A program made the position numbers and the translations under genes. The notes below the pieces were generated by a model. It was not told the DNA's origin. It ran no database searches and saw only the letters and a program-made list of their open reading frames with translations. From Candidatus Altimarinota bacterium (GTDB taxonomy: Bacteria; Patescibacteriota; Gracilibacteria; UBA1369), in NCBI GenBank assembly GCA_963677745.1, contig OY782391.1, forward strand, positions 352,001-416,000: a stretch of 64,000 bases of DNA. The letters run 5' to 3'. Positions 58,034 through 64,000 of the stretch are shown here, one piece after another (the stretch's first letter is position 1; every line of letters begins with the position of its first letter).

Positions 58034-58329
58034 CTCGCGCCCTCAAAAACGACACAACACTCTCCAACCGGATTTTTTTCTTCGTGACCGGAGTGTTTTT
58101 CTCAGCCATCTTCTTTCTGATTATGCTGAAATTTTTGGGTACCTGGGGAGTTTATCTGGCCTTGGCCATGAGCATTTGCCTGAATGTCTGGCTGAAAAAA
58201 CACCGCAAGCAAAAAATGATGACCAACGCCTTCAACAACGGCCTGATTACCTTTAATATCATCGTAACAATAGCAGCTGTGGTAATCCTGATTGTTTTCT
58301 TTGGCGCAATACAGACTTTACTCAGTTAA
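58012..58329 (+). CDS. small membrane protein (three TM)
   Basis: Three hydrophobic segments; overlaps the end of secA. Confidence 0.6.
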   Translation: MPIPKAITRALKNDTTLSNRIFFFVTGVFFSAIFFLIMLKFLGTWGVYLALAMSICLNVWLKKHRKQKMMTNAFNNGLITFNIIVTIAAVVILIVFFGAIQTLLS

Positions 58330-58394
58330 ACGACCAGAGCTTCATTCACTTTCACCGTTTCATCTGTTAAAATCAGGTCAATTTAAATATTCCC

Positions 58395-59381
58395 ATGAAC
58401 AATATCGAAAGTCTCCTGGCTGACATTAAAACAAAAGTCGCTCTTGAAAAAGTGGAGCTGATTTACGAAGGATATTATTACCGGCAGGAACAGATCCGTG
58501 GTGCCGTTTACAGTTGTGAATACCAGGGCAAACCGGCCATCCTGAAAATCGTCGATGATGAAAGAATCATGCTGGAACTGGACGCACACAAGGATTTCCT
58601 GGCCAAAAACACCAGCAAAAAGCTGCGTGCCCCGCAAATCTACCAATCCGAACAAATTTCGCCCTCCTGCACCTGGATCCTGATGGAAAAAATTCCGGAA
58701 GGGCAGGTATTTGATTTCCAGTACATTGAAAAAAACCGTGCGGAATTTCTGGAAATGTATCTGGAATACCGCAATAATTTTCCCGCTCAACCTTCACGTC
58801 AGCTGACCCTGGCCGAATATCTGCCGTCCAACGATTTCCACACCATGCGTCTGGCCCGCTGGGCCGATCTGGGCAACACCCGGGAATACCAAGACTTTTT
58901 GAAAGACGGCAAAAGGATTGTCGACCCGGCCAAACTGGCCGATCTGTTCAGCAGCAGCCTCAAAATCATCAATCAGGTTTTCAGGGACCGCCCGATGATC
59001 TGGAGCAAAGGCAATTTCTGGCCCAATCACCTGATCAAAACAGCCCCCGACCAGTATTACCTGCTTGACTTCGGACTAACCAAAATGTATCCCCAGGGCT
59101 ATGAACTGGGAGCCATGCTGTGGGCCTGCCACCTGATGTCATTCCATTTCAACGATCCGCTGGAAACCTGGCTGGCCGGAGTGGAAAGCTGGAAAAAAGA
59201 TCTCACAGAACTGGCCCAAAAACTGAATTATCCCGAAACGGAACAGCTGCTGCGCGGCTGCCTGCTCGAACGCGCCTGGGGCAGTATCTACGCCGACACG
59301 CTGGCCACCGACAAACCTGCCCAGTTCAAGACCAAAATGATGGAATATCTGATCAGACTGGTGGAGCAATTGCTGAAATAA
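58395..59381 (+). CDS. APH/choline-kinase-like fold protein with a degenerate catalytic loop
   Basis: AILK, APQIY, WILMEKIPEG, KGNFWPNH at the HGDxxxxN position, YLLDFG. Confidence 0.72.
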   Translation: MNNIESLLADIKTKVALEKVELIYEGYYYRQEQIRGAVYSCEYQGKPAILKIVDDERIMLELDAHKDFLAKNTSKKLRAPQIYQSEQISPSCTWILMEKIPEGQVFDFQYIEKNRAEFLEMYLEYRNNFPAQPSRQLTLAEYLPSNDFHTMRLARWADLGNTREYQDFLKDGKRIVDPAKLADLFSSSLKIINQVFRDRPMIWSKGNFWPNHLIKTAPDQYYLLDFGLTKMYPQGYELGAMLWACHLMSFHFNDPLETWLAGVESWKKDLTELAQKLNYPETEQLLRGCLLERAWGSIYADTLATDKPAQFKTKMMEYLIRLVEQLLK

Positions 59382-59393
59382 TAAAGTAATGCC

Positions 59394-60008
59394 ATGAAAA
59401 AACTCCTGCTGACCTCGGCCGCCATCACCAACCGCAAAATCAAAGAAGCGCTGATCGCTCTGGTGGACAAACCGCTGCCATTGTTGAAAATCATCTTTAT
59501 CGCCTCTCCCGCCCGTTCGCCGGAAGAAAACCAATATCTCCAACAGGCCAAAGATGAACTGACCGACATCGGAGTAAACCCGGTAAACACCTCCACCATT
59601 TATCTGGATCACCCGGTGACCTACCAAAACTTCAAAGACGCGGACATGGTTTATGTTTGCGGTGGAAACACTTACTATATTCTCCAACAAATCCGCCGCT
59701 TCTGTTTTAAACAAGCCCTGCTTCAAGTAGTGGAATCCGGCAAAGTCTATTTTGGAGTGAGCGCCGGTAGCATCATTGCCGGACCAAGCATCGATATCGC
59801 CGGGATCGGCGACACGGCCGACAGCAATGAGGCCGACCTCACCGATACCGCGGGTCTGGACATTGTCCCTTTTGCGGTTTCTCCTCATTACACCGACCAG
59901 GACAGACTGGCGGTTGATCAGTTTGAAAATGAAATCGCCTATGACGTGATACGCCTGACCGATGAACAGGCTGTGATGGTAAAAGGAGAAGAAATTACTA
60001 TTATTTAA
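59394..60008 (+). CDS. peptidase E (S51 family)
   Basis: LLLTS, VYVCGGNTYY, YFGVSAGS, GLDIV, PHY. Confidence 0.88.
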   Translation: MKKLLLTSAAITNRKIKEALIALVDKPLPLLKIIFIASPARSPEENQYLQQAKDELTDIGVNPVNTSTIYLDHPVTYQNFKDADMVYVCGGNTYYILQQIRRFCFKQALLQVVESGKVYFGVSAGSIIAGPSIDIAGIGDTADSNEADLTDTAGLDIVPFAVSPHYTDQDRLAVDQFENEIAYDVIRLTDEQAVMVKGEEITII

Positions 60009-60060
60009 CTGCGACCATTTAACCGGCGGGCAGAATTTTCAAACATTTGAGGTAAACACC

Positions 60061-60530
60061 ATGAAACACGAAAAAAAATCTGGCCGGATTATTTCCAGAA
60101 AATCCTGGAAGGGAAAAAGACCTATGAACTGCGTCTGGCCGACTGGGAATGCAGAGAGGGCGACATCCTGTTTTTGCGGGAATGGGATCCCACCACAAAA
60201 GATTACACTCGCCGCAGCCTGGAGAAAGAAATTACCTATGTGGGAAAAACCCTGAACATGAACACTTTCCCACAGGAAGACGTGGATAAATTCGGCTATC
60301 AGATTATCGCCTTTGGCCAAAAACCCGCTTCACAATTAAAAGACGAACTTAGTTTTTGCCTCAAGCTCTGGAAGGAAAAAGGAGGCTGCACCTTCGGCGG
60401 GGAAACCCGCTGCGAACAGTGCGCAGCTCCCTATCTGCTGCTAAAAATGCTCACCGGAGAAGTCCTGCATGGGGACATAAAAAGACTGACTTTAGAGGAA
60501 TGGGGAAAAAAAATTTCAACCATTAATTAA
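60061..60530 (+). pseudogene. ASCH/DUF3850-like protein with a Cys-rich C-terminal domain, frameshifted in an A8 run
   Basis: SD GAGGT plus ATG 60061. One extra A at 60071-60078 gives MKHEKKIWPDYFQKILEGKKTYELRLAD...GDILFLREWDP, continuous with ORF 60174..60530. Confidence 0.8.
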
Positions 60531-60535
60531 CATCA

Positions 60536-60856
60536 ATGTCCGAAAACAAACTCATCCGCGATCTGATTCCGGAAATTATCAAAGCCAGAGGAGCCCGCCC
60601 ACTGACCCACATCGCCGGCCAACAGGAGTATGCAACGCGTCTGAAAGCAAAACTGCAGGAGGAGGTAGATGAATTCCTGAAGGACAAAAATGCCGAGGAA
60701 TTGGCCGACATTCTGGAAGTGATTTATGCTCTCTGCGACCAGATAGGCATCAGTCGCGACAAACTGGAAAAATTACGTGCAAAAAAAGCCGCTGAACGGG
60801 GTGGATTCAAGAACCGAATTGTTCTGGACGGAGTGGAAGAGAAACAACAACCTTAA
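60536..60856 (+). CDS. MazG-like nucleoside triphosphate pyrophosphohydrolase
   Basis: NKLIRDLIPEII, KLQEEVDEF, EELADILEVI, KKAAERGGF. Confidence 0.9.
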   Translation: MSENKLIRDLIPEIIKARGARPLTHIAGQQEYATRLKAKLQEEVDEFLKDKNAEELADILEVIYALCDQIGISRDKLEKLRAKKAAERGGFKNRIVLDGVEEKQQP

Positions 60857-60886
60857 TAAGCACCACACAAACCCGGCAAAAATCTT

Positions 60887-61639
60887 TTATACGGACTTTA
60901 TCACTTCCCGTTTTTCCCGTAACAGATTTTGCCATAATTGTTCCTGTTCAGCCGGGGAAAGGTCATAATGATAACCCCAGCCGTTTTGTCTGTTGACCGC
61001 GCTCAATCTGCGGGAATAAACCCGGTATTTGTTCATCAGATTATCCAATCCAAAATAACGGAAATGCAGCAACTTCAGCTTTTCACTTTCCGGGAACCAT
61101 TTCACCTGCCCCTCCGGCTGGCAGGAATGACTGCCGGCAGAATAATTTATTGTAGTAATCAACGCAGGATCGAATAAAATCGTCTTATCCAGATAGAGAG
61201 CGCGAATTCCCTCATGGATTTCCTCATAAATCTGCCCAGTCCCCACTGGCCTGCTTTCACTGACCATGTCATATCCGGCAGGAGTGGCAATCGTATAAGC
61301 TTTTTTCTTCCAGTCCTCAAAAAACTGACTCCAGTCCGCGTGATACAGAAATTCATCGGCATCACAGACAATCACCAGATCAGCTTTCCCGGCGCTCTCT
61401 TTCCAGCAGTTGTTTTTAATTTCCAAATGCACCAGATCATTAAATTCATTATTACTGCCAAATGTCCGCCATTTCACTTTCTCCCCAAAACCAAGCGCAA
61501 TCTCCCGGGAATTATCCGTGGAAAAATTATCATGAATCGTCACCAGATCAACAAATTGCAGATAATGACGCAAAAAATAAGGCAAAATAAACTCCTCGTT
61601 ATAACACAACGTATACAGATGTATCACCGGTTTAATCAT
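60887..61639 (-). CDS. glycosyltransferase family 2 protein
   Basis: CYNEE..LPYFLRHY, DNFSTDNS, IVCDADEFL, LLHFRY. Confidence 0.88.
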   Translation of the reverse strand: MIKPVIHLYTLCYNEEFILPYFLRHYLQFVDLVTIHDNFSTDNSREIALGFGEKVKWRTFGSNNEFNDLVHLEIKNNCWKESAGKADLVIVCDADEFLYHADWSQFFEDWKKKAYTIATPAGYDMVSESRPVGTGQIYEEIHEGIRALYLDKTILFDPALITTINYSAGSHSCQPEGQVKWFPESEKLKLLHFRYFGLDNLMNKYRVYSRRLSAVNRQNGWGYHYDLSPAEQEQLWQNLLREKREVIKSV

Positions 61640-61674
61640 AAACGTTACACTTAAACCAATAATAACAACTCGTA

Positions 61675-64000
61675 CTATTCGATGTAGATCTCCCTGGCCT
61701 TGGCTCCATTCACCGGGCCGATGGCGCCTTTTTCCTCCATCATGTCCAGCAGGCGCGCTGCGCGCGCATAACCCACCTTCAGGCGGCGCTGCAACAGCGA
61801 CGCCGAAGCCTTGTGCGATTCCATCACCACCCCCAAAGCCTGCTCGTACATGTCATCACCCAAATCCTCATCGGACAGGTTGGAACGCGGCAATCCCTGC
61901 ACCGAATCAGCGGCAATTTTCGGGGAAATAATATCTTCGTACATCGGCTCTCCGTGCAGTTTTACATTATTAACCACCCGCTCGATCTCCTTGGTGGAAA
62001 CGTAAATTCCCTGGATACGCACCAGTTTGCTGGTACCGCCACCCAGATAAAGCATGTCGCCTTTGCCCAGCAAATCCTCGGCCCCAATCGAATCGATAAT
62101 GGTACGCGAATCAATCTGGCTGGAAACGGCAAAAGCAATTCTGGAAGGTATATTGGCTTTAATTAAACCCGTAATAACGTCCACCGAAGGACGCTGTGTG
62201 GCCACCACCAGATGCATTCCCACGGCACGGGCCATCTGGGCAATGCGGCAAACCGAGGCTTCCACTTCCTTGCCGGTGGACATCATCAGATCGGCCAGCT
62301 CATCAATAATTACCACAACATTGGGCATCTTTTCGGGAATTTCTTCAGGCTCTTTGCGGTCTTCCGGCATCGATAGAAATGTTCCGCCTTCCTCAACTGC
62401 CACATCATCATGAGCCTTTTCCACAGCTTCCTGGAATACCCCGCCGGCCTCATTCTGTTTATCCTTGGCCGCAACCTGTTTCTCCCGCACCATCTCATTG
62501 TATTCGGTAATATTTTTTACCCCGTGATCCGAAAGCATGCGGTAACGTCTGTTCATTTCCGCCACACACCAGCGCAGGGCAATGGCAGCCTTTTCCGGAT
62601 CCTGAATTACCGGCGTGAGCAGATGGGCCAGTCCGTTATAGGCTGTCAGTTCAACGCGTTTGGGATCAATCAGAATCAAACGCAAATCGGAAGGTGAATT
62701 CTGATATAGAAGTGAAATCAAAAAAGTATTTATTCCAACCGACTTGCCAGAACCGGTAGCACCAGCTACCAACAAATGCGGCATAGTGGTCAGATCTCCG
62801 CACATCGGCTTGCCGGCCACATCGCGTCCCAGCGGGAAACGCAGATTGGATTTAATTTCCTTGTATTCGCGGCTTTCCAAAACTTCCCGCAAATGAACAA
62901 TGCTGCGATGCTCATTTGGCACTTCTATTCCCACCAGGCCTTTACCGGGAATGGGAGCCTCGATGCGAATGGCGGTAGCCGCCAGAGCCAATGCCAGATC
63001 GTTTTTCAGAGCGGTAATCTTGGACAGCTTGATTCCTTCGGAAGGCTTGAGTGTATATTGAATAACCGTCGGTCCGACATGAACTTCATGCATAGAAACT
63101 TCGATGCCAAACTGTTCCAGTTTGGCCTGGATCTTATGGGCATTGTCGGCCAGCAGTTCGTCATCCAGAGCTACATCCGGGACAGCCGGAGACAATAAAT
63201 CCATGGCGGGCGGCGACCAGTTGCGGTCAGCCTCGCTCGACCGGGAAGTCAGGGCTTCATCCGTCTCATTTTTTATGGAAATTTTGCGTGTTTTCAGAGG
63301 CGACTGACCGCCGTCATCCGAAGCACCGGCGCTTCCGCCGTCAGACTGGTCATCACCCTGACCCGACCCTCCGGCACCGGAGGAAGAAATCGCCGCCCGC
63401 CTGATTTTCAAAGTTGATCCGCCCTCGGCACTCTCAACAGGCATGGAAAAATCGCTGTCCGGCATCCTTTCAATCTTTCGCATCAGATCTTCTTCCGAAG
63501 ATTCATCTTCATCGTCCAGAACCGCTTCAGCCCTGGCCCCCCGTTTGATCTGCAAATCATCCACCTGATTCAGATAGATTTTAGGCAGACTGGGCTTGAG
63601 CATTTTCATAATAGTGAATAGTGACAGCTGAAAAGTCAGCAGCACACCGGTCAGCAGTAAGACCAGAAACACTGCGCTGGCTCCCATGGTCCCCATTTTC
63701 AAAACTTCCAGAAAGAAAAAGCTGGTCACAAAACCGACATATCCGCCATACTCACCGTTTTTGGCCACGGCATAAATATTTTCCATCGGCACGGATAAAT
63801 GAAGAATGGACAGAACGGCCACCATCATCACCACCACACCCAGAATTCTGGAAAGCGGCAAATCGATGCGACGGGACAAAAAATACATCAGCGAAACCAG
63901 AATCAGCACAAAAGGGAAACCGTATATTCCCCAGCCCAAAATCGGTTTCAAAAATTCCAGCCAGGCCTGGCCGACAATCCCGAAACTGTTATTCAGACTT
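61675..64000 (-). CDS. ftsK: DNA translocase FtsK/SpoIIIE (5' end beyond the window)
   Basis: GPTV, IRIEAPIPGK, PHLLVAGATGSGKS, IDELADLM, ATQRPSVDVITG, gamma domain SASLLQRRLKVGYARAARL; the frame stays open to the window edge. Confidence 0.96.
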   Translation of the reverse strand, partial: SLNNSFGIVGQAWLEFLKPILGWGIYGFPFVLILVSLMYFLSRRIDLPLSRILGVVVMMVAVLSILHLSVPMENIYAVAKNGEYGGYVGFVTSFFFLEVLKMGTMGASAVFLVLLLTGVLLTFQLSLFTIMKMLKPSLPKIYLNQVDDLQIKRGARAEAVLDDEDESSEEDLMRKIERMPDSDFSMPVESAEGGSTLKIRRAAISSSGAGGSGQGDDQSDGGSAGASDDGGQSPLKTRKISIKNETDEALTSRSSEADRNWSPPAMDLLSPAVPDVALDDELLADNAHKIQAKLEQFGIEVSMHEVHVGPTVIQYTLKPSEGIKLSKITALKNDLALALAATAIRIEAPIPGKGLVGIEVPNEHRSIVHLREVLESREYKEIKSNLRFPLGRDVAGKPMCGDLTTMPHLLVAGATGSGKSVGINTFLISLLYQNSPSDLRLILIDPKRVELTAYNGLAHLLTPVIQDPEKAAIALRWCVAEMNRRYRMLSDHGVKNITEYNEMVREKQVAAKDKQNEAGGVFQEAVEKAHDDVAVEEGGTFLSMPEDRKEPEEIPEKMPNVVVIIDELADLMMSTGKEVEASVCRIAQMARAVGMHLVVATQRPSVDVITGLIKANIPSRIAFAVSSQIDSRTIIDSIGAEDLLGKGDMLYLGGGTSKLVRIQGIYVSTKEIERVVNNVKLHGEPMYEDIISPKIAADSVQGLPRSNLSDEDLGDDMYEQALGVVMESHKASASLLQRRLKVGYARAARLLDMMEEKGAIGPVNGAKAREIYIE

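Noticed and set aside
60061-60255. 64-aa ORF as an independent gene
   Set aside because: It is the out-of-frame continuation of the frameshifted ASCH-like gene.
1-64000. CRISPR array, IS/transposase, integrase, prophage, rRNA, or genetic code 25
   Set aside because: No regularly spaced DNA repeats or such genes were seen by eye. TGA terminates conserved genes at their normal C-termini.

Overview
This is a gene-dense, mostly housekeeping region from a small-genome bacterium. Gene content points to Patescibacteria/CPR, Peregrinibacteria-like (inference): a VirB2-like pilin array, a type IV pilus cluster, an archaeal-type TPI and AT-rich leaders largely without SD sequences. TGA acts as a stop (xth and the rlmL-like gene end in TGA at their normal C-termini), so the code is 11. 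Left to right: clpB with a CIRCE operator; a four-gene lineage-specific island (SAM-methyltransferase-like protein plus a 1325-aa SF2 helicase with three tandem ~250-aa unknown repeats); rlmL-like, xth, pgi/tal/phosphoketolase, dus, tRNA-Gly(CCC), typA, mscS, ftsQ-sbp; pilT followed by five TrbC/VirB2-like pilins; metG; a type IV pilus operon ending in a 1410-aa unknown protein; RHH-RNHCP-tilS-ftsH-hsp20-galU; tpiA, rnpB, a wcaJ-like gene, secA; an accessory block with a frameshifted ASCH-like gene; and ftsK. The best candidates for a new system are the methyltransferase plus repeat-helicase island (2815-8224) and the giant protein in the PilY1 position (35610-40393). All calls come from reading motifs by eye; no database searches were run.
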